Assembly (NCBI GenBank): GCA_017499595.2
Contig: CM038999.1
Coordinates: forward strand, 1,736,001-1,800,000
From: Psilocybe cubensis
Lineage: Eukaryota
Length of the DNA stretch: 64,000 nucleotides
Reading direction: 5' to 3'
The notes under the pieces are model-generated. The model did no database searches. It was not told the origin of the DNA and saw only the letters and a list, made by a program, of their open reading frames with translations. Below, one piece after another: positions 14,989-29,007 of this stretch. Every line of letters starts with the position of its first letter. Within the stretch, counting starts at the first letter, position 1. A program made the translations under genes and the position numbers.

Positions 14989-17900
14989 ATGTCTCCATCT
15001 CCAGAGCAGCCTCCACCCGTACCCTCAACCTCCACTCAACCTGAAGGTCCACCTGTGAGGGTCAAAAAGCGACGCCTTCATGGCTCCTGCGATGCATGTC
15101 GCAAGAAAAAGAGTACGCTGATCTGATCCTCGCACACATTGGCGTTCGCTGATTGGCGCATGCATCAGCGAAATGTACGAGCCCTAGTATCTGTTAGCTC
15201 TGTTTTAGTTGAAAGCCATACTCAAGGCGATAGTGCAAATATGCCCGATAATCATTGCACCAACTGTCGGGTACTAAATGTTCCTTGTCAGCACACGGCG
15301 CCTCGCCTGGGAAAGGTATTTATCTTTAGTACTCTACGCGTCTGGCTACCTAATCCGCCATCCATGAACAACAGAAGAAAAAGGAGGTCCAGAACAGGTA
15401 GCGCCCGTGATCCAATAGAATGTAGAGCGAGTGTTAAGTCCCGTTTCTTAGTGCTGGATATATCCGACGACTCGAAGAAAGACTGGAAAAGATGGAGCGT
15501 CTCTTGGAAAAACAAGGCAGCCCAGAGACCGCAAACATAGACAACTCTGCGGACAGCATACAACAATATTCCTCATTCTCAGACACCAAGGAAGATGGTA
15601 CACGAGCGTTTACACCGCCGAAAAAGCTTGTCGGCGCTCGACTAGAGCCATCCTCTGCCACCTCTGATGACTCGTCCGATCCTGACGATCTTGCCCATGT
15701 CGCTCTTTCGGAACATCTGAGTTCGTTGTCAATTGGCGAAGCTGTCGATGATCGGTTCTTTGGCAAGTCTAGGTGCGTATCGTTGACGCTCCATCAAACT
15801 TTCCGACAATAGTCTAATTATCCTGCGACCGTCTTCAGCGCCTTCATGTTTGTTAAAGAGGCCTCGTCCGTTCGCCATGAAACTACCAGAGGTACCATCT
15901 TACCAGATCGAACAAAATTCAGAAGACCGATATATTGGGATGTCCGACCCGTATGTTCGTGCAGTTGCCATTCCAGTGTTGTCCCTTATTTAGTTCCCGC
16001 AGTGGGAAGCGTCATTATCATCGTCCTTTCAACCAGGCTACATCTATCCTGAAGTTGGTCTGTTACAGACTCTGGTATCTCTTTACTTTGAGAAGATGAA
16101 TACGATCTTTCCTATACTCCATCAGCCCACTTTTCTCAAAGCTTTATCCCAAAATCAGCATCATTGGGATCCGGCTTTTGGTATGACAGTCCTCCTTGTC
16201 TGCGCCATTGGTTCTCGGTATACAAATGACCCACGGGTAATTGTACCTGAGGACAAACACGGACTATCTTCAGGATGGCCGTACTTTTCGCAGGTTCAGA
16301 TATATCGCAACCCATTACTTCTTAATTCAACTATATATGACTTACAATACTTTGTTGTACGTATGTTTTTACTATCTAATTTACCTGGCTAATGAAGCGA
16401 TAATTTCACTAGCTCGCTATTCTTTATCTCAGTGGGACTTCGGTTCCTCAAGCCTCGTGGAATCTGATTGGACTGGGAATGCGCCAGGTACTTGAAAAAG
16501 GCATTCATCGTCGCAGGGGATCATCTGCTAGGCCGAGCAAGGACGAAGAACTTTTGAAACGCACATTTTGGTGGGGGATGATTCTTCCGAGAGTGTGCCT
16601 GTGTATCATTGGTTGATATACGTTTTACAGGGTTCTGGTCGTGATAGACCGCCTGAAAAGTTCATTTCTTGGTCGACCATGTTGTATTCAAGAAGAGGAG
16701 TACGTTTCGCATCTAGCATTTTCAAGTTGCTCTAATCTGCGAATAGTATTGATGTCGATTACCCTGTCGAATGCGATGACGAGTATTGGGAAACGGACGA
16801 TCCCCAAAATGCATTTCAGCAGCCTGACAACAAACCATGCAAAATATCAAGTTTCATACGGCTGATAAAGCTAACAGAGATTCTTTCTATGGCGTTACGT
16901 ACTTTGTATGCAACAAAGAAGAACAAGAGAATTGCGGGCTATAACGGAGAAGAATGGGAACGCCGGGTGGTTGTCGAACTTGATTCATCCCTGAATAACT
17001 GGAAGGACTCTCTTCCGAGCTACTGTAAATGTGAATGTCTGATCAGATTTTTGACTTTGCTCACATCTGGCTTTGTACCTTTTTAGTAAAGTGGGACCCT
17101 AATATCTCGGATTCGACGCTCTTTCATCAGGCCTCACTACTACATGCGACGTTCAACTATGTTCAAATTCTTGTGCATCGGCCATTTTTAACAAAAAAGT
17201 CTTCAATGTCTTTCCCATCCCTCGCAATGTGCACCAACGCCGCACGATCATGCATTCATGCACTGGATGCTGCGAGGATAAAAGGCATGCGTCCTACCCA
17301 CCACCTACTGGTACCGATATTATCCTCTCTATTTTTAAACTGATAAAATTAATGCCCATTGGTTATCTCTGTGGTATATATAGGTCTGCGCGTTCTCATC
17401 CGGAATCGTCATTATTCTTAACCTCTGGAGCCACCGTCATACAACCGGGTTGATAACCGATCCAGCAAAAGAAGCTGATCTTCAAATGTGTATCAACGTA
17501 CTCAAAGATTGTGACAAAAAGTTAGTCATCTGAACTCACTGATGCATATCCCTATATTTTCTCATTCTCTCATCCAGGTGGCATGTTGCTGGACGATTTT
17601 GGTATGGAGCTAAACCGTTAAACTCGTTGATTTTTATTGATACTTTCGTACTTCAAAACAGTGATATGTTGAATGAAGTTGGTGCTCTTAGCGAATGCCA
17701 ACCAACCTCAATTATGAAACAACCTCGTAATACTTCAATCGTAGAGGACACTATCGGCGGGCATTCTATTGCAACGATGTCCCCGTATTCTTATTCTTCC
17801 TCCTCAAGCGCTAGAGTAGGGCATATCGTTCCAGAATTCCCCAATATCGATAAATCTGGTGAAACACTGAACGGGCCCGCGGATATATTTGGTAAACATA

Positions 17901-18241
17901 TGAGCATTAATGACCTACTCCTCTTCCAAACGGGCTATGTTACACAACCCCAGGCACGCCTCTTTGAACTCGACAATGGTGCTCTTCGCTCTGGGGCGGT
18001 TGAGACTAGTGATATTCTTCATCGAACAACGCCTTCAACCGATAACTCATATTCGACCCCGGGGTCTGAATCTTTTATTCTGAACGATAACATCCCGTCC
18101 TTTTGGTCTGGTATTCCGGCTGCCTTCAGGTAAAATATTTTCATTACTATGCACATCTCACATGAATGACACAATCTTTCACACAGTGCTGATGAGTGGG
18201 ATGTGTATCTTCGGAACACATCCGCTGGGCCACCAGTTTAA
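14989..18241 (+). CDS. Zn2Cys6 + fungal-specific transcription factor domain protein (paralogue 1 of 3)
   Basis: KKRRLHGSCDACRKKKTKCDSANMPDNHCTNC..PC after splicing, including a 6-nt microexon; YFEKMNTIFPILHQPTF, KRTFW..IDR..SSFLGRP, QILVHRPFL, SLAMCTNAARSC. Confidence 0.9.
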
Positions 18242-18949
18242 TAAGCTTACCATTGTCAAATATCTAGCTTGAGTTCTGCTCTCCATTTATTTTACGTTTT
18301 GTACAGTACCTTGCTTCTCCAACAGAACGATGATTGGAAACGGTCATTATCAATTTTTATACCTTTATGCCTTCTCTCAATCTACCTTCAGCTTATATAA
18401 ACTTTGGGGAACAACTTGGCACAATCAATGTACGCGGTTGTGTAGGGGGCAACGTAAGGTGTTATTTAATCATGGTGTTGGTCTATTGAACAGCATAATG
18501 GAAGTTGCATAAATCAGTCTCGAATCGCCTCAATTCTCAACTGGCTTACACGGCCAATGCCACATTTGGCTTTCAAAAGGTTCAAATCTTTCTCCTCATC
18601 CGTTTATAGCACATAAGTTTCTCAAAGTAGAAAGTATCCGAAATAGAGGCCTGGTCCGGTAATTCTTTGAATACAGTAATAACACAGCCACCGGTCACAA
18701 CGGTCGGGCAGGGTCCTCAAACTTTTGTAAGTAAGCGCGTTTTGTGCAATGATTCCAAACATGATCCTGGCACGTTGCCTTCGAACAATGATTGTGATAC
18801 ATATCATTTCGTCAATACCGAACGGATCGCTGGATCGAAACGCCTCTCTAAACCTAGCTTATAACGTGCTGCATTGAGTCGATATATCCCAGCTCTTGCA
18901 GACCACTTCTTTCAAATTATCCCCTTAGATAGATAGCTGCCCTAACGCG

Positions 18950-21900
18950 ATGACAGATGATTCTATCGTAGACTCTGGAACAACGGGAGAAAGCCAAATC
19001 CAGAAGGTCAAGAAAAGACGTTTACATGGAGCATGCGATGCCTGTCGCAAAAAGAAAAGTTTGTGCTCTCTAATCCAATTCCAGGTTGGGCGCTACTGAC
19101 ATCGTTATCCAATAGTAAAATGTAACTTCTGGAAAACTCCCATTTAGTCATCGAAAGGCTGATCAACATTCTAGGCGATAGCGCTGAAATGCCTGGAAAG
19201 GTGTGCACTAATTGCCAAGTTGCAAATTTGCATTGCAGTCATGATATACCTCGTCCGCCAAAGGTAGGAATAATATCTCTGCCATTTCTCGAACAAGGTC
19301 ACGAACGCGTTTTAATTTGCAGAAGTCGGAGGTGCAGCAAGCGTAAGTTCCAGGCTCACACGTATGGGCAGAGTTTTGAACAACACATTTACGTTTTTAG
19401 TTATATCCGCAGCTTGGAAGAAAAAGTAGAAAAGATGCAACGCTATTTTGAACTGGTATATTTGTAATGTCGCCTTTTGTGATTTCATGTTCAATTTGAT
19501 ATCTAGCAACACGCAGGAGAAGACATTGACGACGTTGTCAACATGGCTGCAACCGCTTCGAGACCCGCAAGCTTTTTTGGAGCCACAAGTTTGGCCGATT
19601 CCTGTGACAAACCCGACTCCGTCAAGTATCCCATCCCTAAACACGTATACACCTCTTTACCAAAGGGTAAAAAGACTGAAGACGACTCAGATGCGTCAGA
19701 TTCCGATGATTTGGCTCACATAGCATTGGCTCACCATCTGGATGGTCTTCCTCTAAATGCTGTTGAAGAAAAATATTTTGGGCCTTCTAGGTGACCTAAT
19801 GCCGTCTCAACTATCTGACAACCAAAGTCTGATCTTTTGACAGTTCATTTATGTTCACCAAGCATGCGTCAACCGTGAAAAATCAATTCACTGGATCTCC
19901 GAACAAATTAGATGCTGCGCGGTATAGGCGACCGATTTTCTGGGACATGAGGCCGGTGAGCATGACCACTGTTTAAAGGTATTACTGTCTTGCTGAATAT
20001 CAGTTAGTGGGAAACGGAATATGCCCTAGCTCCCGAAACCTCTTACATCTATCCGGAGAATGATCTTCTACAAAGCCTAGTTTCTCTATATTTTGAAAAG
20101 ATGAACCCTCTCCTTCCGGTAATACATCGACCTTCATTCATGAAATCATTGTCAATTGGACAGCATTTATGGGACCAATCGTTTGGGATGACTGTCTTGT
20201 TGGTTTGTGCACTTGGGGCACGATATTCTCATGACCCTCGAATAACTGTGCCTTCAGAATCTAACGGATGGTTATCTTCTGGATGGGAATACTTCTCTCA
20301 GATCCCTCTAGTTCACCGACGTATCATGGTTTATAAAACCACGGTATATGATCTACAATATTTCAGCGTATGTTTAATATTCTTTCCTCGTCATAAGTAC
20401 ATTACTAAACCAAATTGTCCAGCTTGCGTCACAGTATCTGGTTGGTACATCCATTTCACATGTTTCATGGACTATTTTGGCCTTTGGACTACGATATGCC
20501 GTCGAGAAAGGGTTGCACCGCCGCATGGGACCGAATGAAAAACCGACTCCTCAACGTGAAATGCAAAAACGCGCATTTTGGTATGTCATTCTAATGCAGA
20601 TTATTGTCGTCAACTTACGCAATTTATCAAGGGCAATGGTATGCGTAGATCGCATTATGAGCGCCTTTCTAGGCCGTCCTTGTACCCTCATGGACGAAGA
20701 GTGCGTTATACTATAAATGACTATGAACCTCTTTAATCGAATCTGCTGCTTTCCAATAGGATTGACGTAGAACTTCCCATTGAATGTGACGATGAATATT
20801 GGGAAACAGAAGATCCGCAAAAGGCTTTTCAACAACCATTTGGAATACCGTGCTCAGTCAGCAATTTTATCTACTATATACGAATTTGTGAAATTCTTGG
20901 ATTTGCTCTGAGGACCTTATATTCCACAAAAAAATCGAAGATTCTGTCAGGTCTCATTGGAAATGATTGGGAGGGCCGTATTGTCGCGGAGCTAGATTCG
21001 TCTCTGAATTCATGGAAGGACTCTTTGCCCAAACACCGTTCGTTGTTCTCCCTTGTCATAGTGTAACAAATTCTCAACTCCTTTCCAAAGTGCGCTGGGA
21101 TGCTGAGAGGCAGGACCCCACTTTCTTCCATCAGTCGGCGGTATTGCATTCGTTATATTACTATACACAGATTCAAGTGCACCGTCCCTTCTTATCGAAG
21201 AAGTCGCCACTGTCGTTTTCTTCTCTCGCTATGTGTACGAATGCTGCTCGTTCATGTACACACGTTTTAGAAGCAACTTTGTCTCGGGGTGCTCGTGTTT
21301 TCCCTGATATCATTGTTTGTGATGCTACTATTTGATGGACAATGATATGATATGAACTAACCAACCTCTTTAGATGGCATCGTTTACAGCAGGTCTCGTT
21401 ATCGTACTCAATTTATGGGGTAACCAAAGGTCAGGTTTGATAGGAAATCCCACTCAAGAAATAGAGAACCTTCATAAATGCGTGAATGTTCTCCGAGAAT
21501 GCGAAAAGAGGTGCACATGATTGTATTCTTTACTCTGTCCTGTTCTAACATACCATTAGATGGCACGTCGCAGGTAGATTGTGGTATTTCTGTGCTTTTC
21601 ACTTATTAAATTCAAAATTCTTACAACATAACCCAGTGATATTTTGAACGAAGTCGGTGCTCTACATGAATACCAGCCAACAGCCAGCAAGCGTCGCCGA
21701 GACATTTCTTCTTCCGAATCATCAGGATTGCTCCAAATATCACCGATAAACACATTTAATCCCTTGATAGATGGATCTGGTCCGTCGTATTCCCCTAATT
21801 CAGAGGAGCAAGCAGCATCTACCGCAACAAATAATCTCGTCCCAGCGTTCGACCCAACGATGAACGATTGGGAGCTGCGAGATCTGCTATTTATGGGAAT

Positions 21901-22226
21901 GGGTTATCTTCAAGGCAATTCGCATTTCAGGGTTGGCTCCAACTATCGGCAGCAGAATACAGCATTCCCCAACTCTGTCGCTTATGGAGAAAACGAATTG
22001 GGGCAGTCATACCAACCGCAGCGCTTCAACGAGCGCCTTGGGACCGATTTTTCAGATGTGTCGTCAGCCGAGGATGTGTTTGCATTGTGGGCAGACATGC
22101 CGGCTGCGTTTAGCAGGCAAGTTTGATGGGTTTGGACAAACTTTTTTTGACAAATACTGAACATAAAACCTTAGCGTTGAAGAATGGGATGCATATTTGG
22201 CCACGATGAACCAATCACAACGATGA
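18950..22226 (+). CDS. Zn2Cys6 + fungal-specific transcription factor domain protein (paralogue 2 of 3)
   Basis: RKRRLHGACDACRKKKIKCDSAEMPGKVCTNC..HC; MNPLLPVIHRPSF, KRAFW..VDRIMSAFLGRP, QIQVHRPFL, AMCTNAARSC. Intron layout matches its neighbours. Confidence 0.9.
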
Positions 22227-23080
22227 TTCGTAAATGAATCTGGTCGGCATAGGCTGTCACGGAAGTATGGGAACTGTTTTCATAACGAACCCTACATGCA
22301 GAGCTACATGTCATAGTTAACCCAATCAAACAAAACTTGAGCCTCAAGTGCATTTGGCACCTGCTTTTCATGGCTGGAAATATGTAGTATCATCTGGCTA
22401 TGTGCTACTATAAATTGTTTCTTTTCTATGAAATGATATATTTGTATTTATGCTGTATGGCCATCCAAATTCTTGTTCAATCAAAATTCAACCGTCATAA
22501 GGAAGTACCGTAACGTGAAATTGGACTCATAATGACGCCACAAATGTATATGTTTTCAGTGTTGTGTTCAGTGGCCTAGAGCACTGAATAAGAGCAACTA
22601 AAAGTTGTACAGTTGTACGAGCACCCTCAATTTAACCAAGAATAATGTTCTTTAAATTTAATAGGTCCCAATTGCCTAATGCACAATCTCGATATTCAGA
22701 GATCAAGGGTAAGTCACTGTACAGTACAGTAACAAAAAGACATCGGTTGTACATTCAATTCAGGAAGTGGGTTATGACTAGATGGTGGACAGCCACTTAC
22801 TTGCTCCGACGTACGGAAAAACTCCGATGATTACCACTTGATTGGACGAAACATATGACGCAACCACACGGCTGCAGGATTACGAGTCAGTTCGGGTAAG
22901 CCCAGGGGTGAGCTTAACGTTTGATTCAATCTCAGAGCTGTCACACAAATCTACTCATGTGTGGTCTCCTTAGACATAGAAAGTAAACACTGACTGATTA
23001 ACAGTCTAATCAAACAGTCTCACTCCGACCTACTTCGCCTGAGCAACCTACCACCATCCATCCATTCAACACACTGCAAC

Positions 23081-26000
23081 ATGCCTAACAGTTCTTCCCC
23101 TGTATCCGACTATCAAGATACACAAAAGATCAAAAAGCGCCGTCTACAAGGAGCATGCGACGAATGCCGAAGGAAAAAAAGTATGTATAGCATACACCTA
23201 TTGGATGCCAAATTATTGAAATTACATGACTTGCCTGTCAGCCAAATGTATGGTCCCATCCTTTCATTCGGGATAGATCAAGACACTCACCTTAGACTAC
23301 AGGTGATAGTGCAGAGAAACCCGGGAATTTTTGTACAAATTGTGAATTATCCAACATCTTGTGCAGTCATGATATGCCACGACAGCCCAAGGTAACATAT
23401 TCACCGGCTTTTTTGCGATTATGGTCGATTAATAAATCTCAAATTATTACAGAAAACCGAAACGCAGCAAGCGTAAGTGATAGAGGATACCCAAACTCAG
23501 AACATCATTGACGTTGTGTGGACATAGCTATATCATGGTCTTAGAAGAAAGAATAGAGAAATTGGAGGCTTACATTCGAAAAGTAAAGCATCGAGTTCAG
23601 GATAGTGCTATTAACGGTTGCTCACAATTCATTTCAGATGCATCCAGGAGAGGATATTGACCATATACTCAGCATCCCGCCCGATAAAATTGCCCAAGTT
23701 CCTTCCATTCCTAACCTTGCATCTGTTTCCAGCACTGAAACAAATCTCAGTTCCTTTGCCTTTTCCGACCTCAAATATGCTATCCCTGTATCCATTTCTT
23801 CGGACACGACCCCTCCTCCTTTGGTAGAGAATGATTCAGAGATACTAGAAGCGGATGATTTGGCTCATGTAGCTCTTGCTGAACACCTTGGTCGGCTCTC
23901 TTTAAGCGCAGTTGACGATCGATTCTTCGGTCAAGCCAGGTATGTAAGTCGAATTAAACAAATAAATGTCTGATTGACCTTCAAGTTAAAGCGCATTCAT
24001 GTTTGCCAAAGATGCAGCAAACGTGAAAAGTTCAATCACTGGCGAATCCTCTGCGCCGGATATTAGAAATTATAGGCGTCCGCTTTTCTGGGACATGAGA
24101 CCGGTATGTATTTCAAGCACGTTTTTTCACCAGAATATTTAAATGAAATCTATTTAGTGGGAACTGACTTTCGCTACATCACCGGAGACTTCTTACGTTT
24201 ATCCTGAGGATGATTTACTTCAATCTCTTATTTCACTGTACTTCGACAAAGTGAATTGTGTACTTCCTGTCCTTCACCAACCAACGTTTATGAAGTCGTT
24301 ATCAATTGGCCAACACCACTGGGACCCATCCTTTGGAATGATTGTTCTTCTAGTTTGCGCTATTGGATCACGATATTCTCACGACCATCGAGTTACGGTC
24401 CCAAATGATGCATCTGGTCTATCTTCCGGATGGCATTATTTTTGCCAAGTCCCTATCCACCGAAAGATTATGCTTTACAAGGCGAACATTCACGATCTAC
24501 AATACTATTGCGTAAGACGGTTTGATGATAACACGTTTTCAATCTCTAATTAAATTTACTACATTAGCTTGCTCCATTGTACCTCGTTGGAACCTCTATG
24601 CCTCATGCTGCGTGGAATATCTTGGGTATTGGCATAAGATACGCGTTAGAAAAGGGCGCACATCGCCGAAAAGGCCAAAATCAGAAGCCTACTGTTGAAG
24701 ATGAGCTCCGAAAGCGCGCCTTTTGGTAAGCGCTCTGTGATGACACATATATTTTACTAATTCTCCCATCTATTGCAGGTGTATGATTTGTTTAGATCGT
24801 TTAATTAATTCATTCGTTGGTCGACAATGTGGACTTCCACATGAAGCGTATGTGTTCTAGGATATACGTGCCAGAATGCTAAATTGACTCACCTCCTAGT
24901 TTTGACGTTGAGTACCCCATAGATTGTGATGACGAATATTGGGAGACAGAAGACCCGGAACAAGCTTTCAAGCAACCAACGGGAAAGCCCTCTATGATAA
25001 CAGGTTTCATATGTTTTATCAAACTCTGCGAAATCCTTGGTTTTGCGTTGAGGACATTGTACACTACCAAAAAGTCTAAACTCCTCTCGGGCTTCATTGG
25101 AAGTGAGTGGGAGGGGCGTATGGTTGCAGAACTCGACTCGGCTATGAATGGGTGGAAAGATTCACTTCCTCCTCATCGTAAGCCATTTTTATTTATTTCC
25201 ATTCATTAACTAACAGCATGATATAGTGCGGTGGGATCCTAATACCCAAAATCCAGCTTTCTTTTCCCAATCCGTCAACCTGAATTCCACCTTCTTCTAC
25301 GTACAGATACAAATTCATCGACCTTTTCTAACCAAGAAATCACCATTATCATTTCCGTCTCTAGCTATGTGTACCAACGCTGCAAGATCATGTACTCATG
25401 TCTTGGAAGCAGGAATGACTAGGGGCCTTTGTATCCTTCCAAACACAATGGTCTGTTACCTGTGTTCATTCATCCGGTAACTTACCTATCTAAAATCCAT
25501 TAATTAGACCGCTGCTTTCACAGCTGGCATCATCATCGCTCTCGGTCTATGGAGTGGACAACGCTCTGGTTATATTAGTGACCCCGAGAAAGAAAGGCAA
25601 AGTCTCCAGAAATGTTTGAATGTCCTCGAATATGCTGAAAAACGGTCGGTCTGTATCTCTCTATAGTTTTAACTATTCGTTAACAACCATTCATTGTTCC
25701 CACCCTGTCCCAGATGGCATTGCGGTGGTCGACTCAGGTATATTTTCAAATAGTTTGGTTGAGTTACTTTAAATCCATTTATCAAACAGGGACATGCTGC
25801 GAGAAGTCAGCGCTATCCAGGAGTATCACCCAACTGATATCAGTAAGCGTCGACACGATTCTATTGAGGGGTCACCCGAGTCTGAGGCTACGACGCTCCA
25901 TCAATCTTTGGAGGCCACTTTGCCGTCTTCAGTTGTCACTGAGCCAGTAAACGAATCAACCCTCCGAAAATTATTGCTTACAGAAATGGGCTACGTATTC

Positions 26001-26267
26001 GGAGATCCCAATGAAATCTTGTTAGGTACTACCGAAAGCTGCGCTCAATCCAACCAGGATTTCATGTCAAGTAGTTCACAAAGCCCGCCATCTCAGTCGA
26101 ACGAATTGCCGTCTGTGAACGACATGTTTGCATTATGGTCAGATATTCCAACTGCATTCAGCTGGTACGTTGGCATTGCTGCTTTATCGTATTCCGCTTT
26201 TCTGAGCATAAGTATATTTAGCTTCGAAGAATGGGATGCGTATCTTTCTAGTGTAGGCCAATCTTAA
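23081..26267 (+). CDS. Zn2Cys6 + fungal-specific transcription factor domain protein (paralogue 3 of 3)
   Basis: KKRRLQGACDECRRKKTKCDSAEKPGNFCTNC..LC; VNCVLPVLHQPTF, KRAFW..LDR, QIQIHRPFL, AMCTNAARSC; C-terminal EEWDAYL shared with paralogue 2. Confidence 0.9.
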
Positions 26268-27387
26268 TTTTCTCCATTCCTCGTGACTCGCTATGGTGAT
26301 ATATAATCTTTGATTAATAACTAAATTTTGGCGTAAGTCATTCATGCCACTGACAATGATAACAATTGTATTCTATGGAGATGACCAAAATAGAATTTTA
26401 CGAGGAACGAGTTTTAGTACACGGGTTCAATATCCCTCTTCCTCCGCGGCTTGATTAACCCGCTGATTTCGCACTCCGTGGAAAATTGACTAGACCTTAA
26501 GTAAAAGTCGCTAGAGTCTAGCCATGCAATCGTGATCTTAGAAAAAAGACACACCAAATCATAACCATTAGTCCACCACTAATATCATCATTATTCTAAC
26601 TAGAGAAGTACGGTCTGAAGTAGCGTAAATATTGGACGTTTATCCAAAATGGGGTTGCGAAATGCTCAACACTTACTCATCTTACCCAATCGTCCATTGA
26701 TATTGTGAAGACTCCGGCTATACAACTTAAAGTGGGGAGGGGTCCGACTTGTCAAGCTCATTCTTGATCCACTTGACAAGGATCATTGTGATTGCATCGT
26801 GATCAATTACAATTGGCTTTAAATTTAGGCGTAGAAGTGGTAATTGTTTCGGTGAGGAGTAGAACAAACGAATCAGTATGGATAGCATTTGTAGGTACTG
26901 CTCCCACGTGACCTAAAGTCTCAAATTGGCTATTTGAGAAACTTGTAAAGCGCCGCCGTGTGCGGCACACACTGGCACATCGGCATATCGGCAATACATA
27001 ACTACTGCATTGAGCGATTATTTGCAAGTGCTTGATTGGGAAAGACTTTGCAGCTTTCATATCGACCTAGCCTCGCGAGCAAGTCCTTCTGTGGGTCTAG
27101 TCTCTTTTCTAGATGGCAGGTACTGTGTGATGTTGTCTTTGTTTTGGTTGTAGAAACACGAGTGGAGCTCGGAATATGCTGAGTCAGAAACGGCTGGTAG
27201 CCACTGGTATACAATCAGCCAAGCCTCCAAGCCTGGGATTACCGTCCCTTCCATCTGTACCTTTCCCTTGACGCATTTTCTTCAACGCCCGTCATAACTT
27301 ACCCACTGCTTTTATTCACCTTTGCCAACAGAAAAATTCAATTCAAAATTTTGAATCGAACAGTTCTGTCATTTTCCGTCTACCGTC

Positions 27388-28775
27388 ATGAACGCCGGAC
27401 TTGGGTATACTTTAGAGTCGCTCTTTGGACCACCTTCAGAACCTATTAATATAAATAGCTTTTTGGAATCGTCTACTTCTTCCCAAGACAATCCAAGGAG
27501 CCAGGAAATTGCCAATACAGAGCTTATCGATGAATGCAGGTAATGATTGGGCTTTTCCTACATATATTTGTATCGTAACCGTGTATCTCAGAGTGGAAGA
27601 TCTAAAAGAACATTTGTCCGCCACTTGGTCAAATCCACTGCTTTCTGCCCACTTGATTAAAGATCACGATCATATGGTCACTGCTCTTCATGCTCTCAAT
27701 CAAGAAAATACCAAAACCGCGAGAAAAATCCATTTGCCTGATCCTGAAGCTCTTCCCGTCGAAGTGACGAGCCTGCAAAAGAACTTAGATGCTGTTTCTC
27801 TCAGCTGTTTTAGGTCAGTGAATTGGCATCAATCTCCAGCAAAACTCTTCCTCAATTTATCTTGTCATAACCCGTCAGGTTGAAAACAGACGCCGTTATG
27901 TTCATGCGTACACCGAAGAATTCGGATCGTAATATATTGCAAAGCGTTGTATGTGCTTTTCATGGTCAAAAACATCACTTACGTAGCAATGGATTGTAGA
28001 AAACCACTGAGCCTGGCAAGATACCTCCTGATCAAGAAGCAGTCATCACAATTTCTGTTTACAACAAAATAACTTGGGGGCCAAGTTATGTCACTCGTTC
28101 AGCTCAGCATGTTTTTCTCTCTTCCCAGACTGTTCGAGATGTTTATGACTCCCTCGTTTGTGTGACCAAGAACTTACCTCTAGAAGCCGATATATCTGAA
28201 ATGCAACCGGGTTCTGTAATATGCATCGAAGGAGTTGCCTATGGGACGCTTACAAACTGTAATAACTATGCAACGTGAGTTACAAGTCATTCGCTACTAT
28301 GTTTTGGCCACAACTTTATTCCAGTAATTTGCTGGATGCATTAGCCAAGAGAAATGACTGTCGTATAATTGTGGCACCAACCACTCAAGAAGAAACCAGT
28401 TTACATTCTCTCACACTCCGAATCAATGAACCTTACTGGTTGGTTCACCATGGTAATTGTGAACATTTTCTGGTTGTTGATCAAATCAGGTCAGATTTCC
28501 CCATCTTTCGCTCCACTACATTGAATGTCACTCTCTGTAGATTGCTCCATGCTCAGGACCCTCGTGGCGGATACCCACTGACCTTGCATATCGCGCCTTC
28601 ATTACTTGATCTTTGTCGTGCTTGCGCGAAGATACCAGCGCTATGGTCCATCTTGGGGGATGTACGCTTGGGCGAGAGCCCATGTCTGCTTTGCGGTCCA
28701 TGTTGGACAAGTATGAGAGAATCTGCTGGCGAGGAAGTTAAGGTTTTGCCTTTACCAGATATCTTGCATGTGTGA
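27388..28775 (+). CDS. SNAPC3: snRNA-activating protein complex subunit 3 (SNAP50)-like
   Basis: LTLRINEPYWLVHHGNCEHFLVVDQIRLLH..DP..GYP followed by CRAC...SPCLLCGPCW, the SNAP50 C-terminal zinc-finger pattern. Confidence 0.8.
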
Positions 28776-29007
28776 AGACCAGTCTTAATCAATATTGGCA
28801 TAATCCTCTATTATTGATACATTGTAATCTCTTTAGCATATGGAAATCACGTATTACGTTCACATTAGACTTTAATCGAAGCTGTTACGGTAGATTGCAC
28901 TGTATAGACCGACCGCGGGTTTGAAATGGAGTGTAACGCCAAACATGTTCAATGTGTGTACACGCCAAGTCTCAGATTATACGTGCTGTCCCGGGTCCGC
29001 CATTCAG

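Noticed and set aside
26400-27300. Overlapping short minus-strand ORFs divergent from SNAPC3, with one plausible intron
   Set aside because: I could not build a consistent multi-exon protein or recognise a family. A small gene is not excluded.
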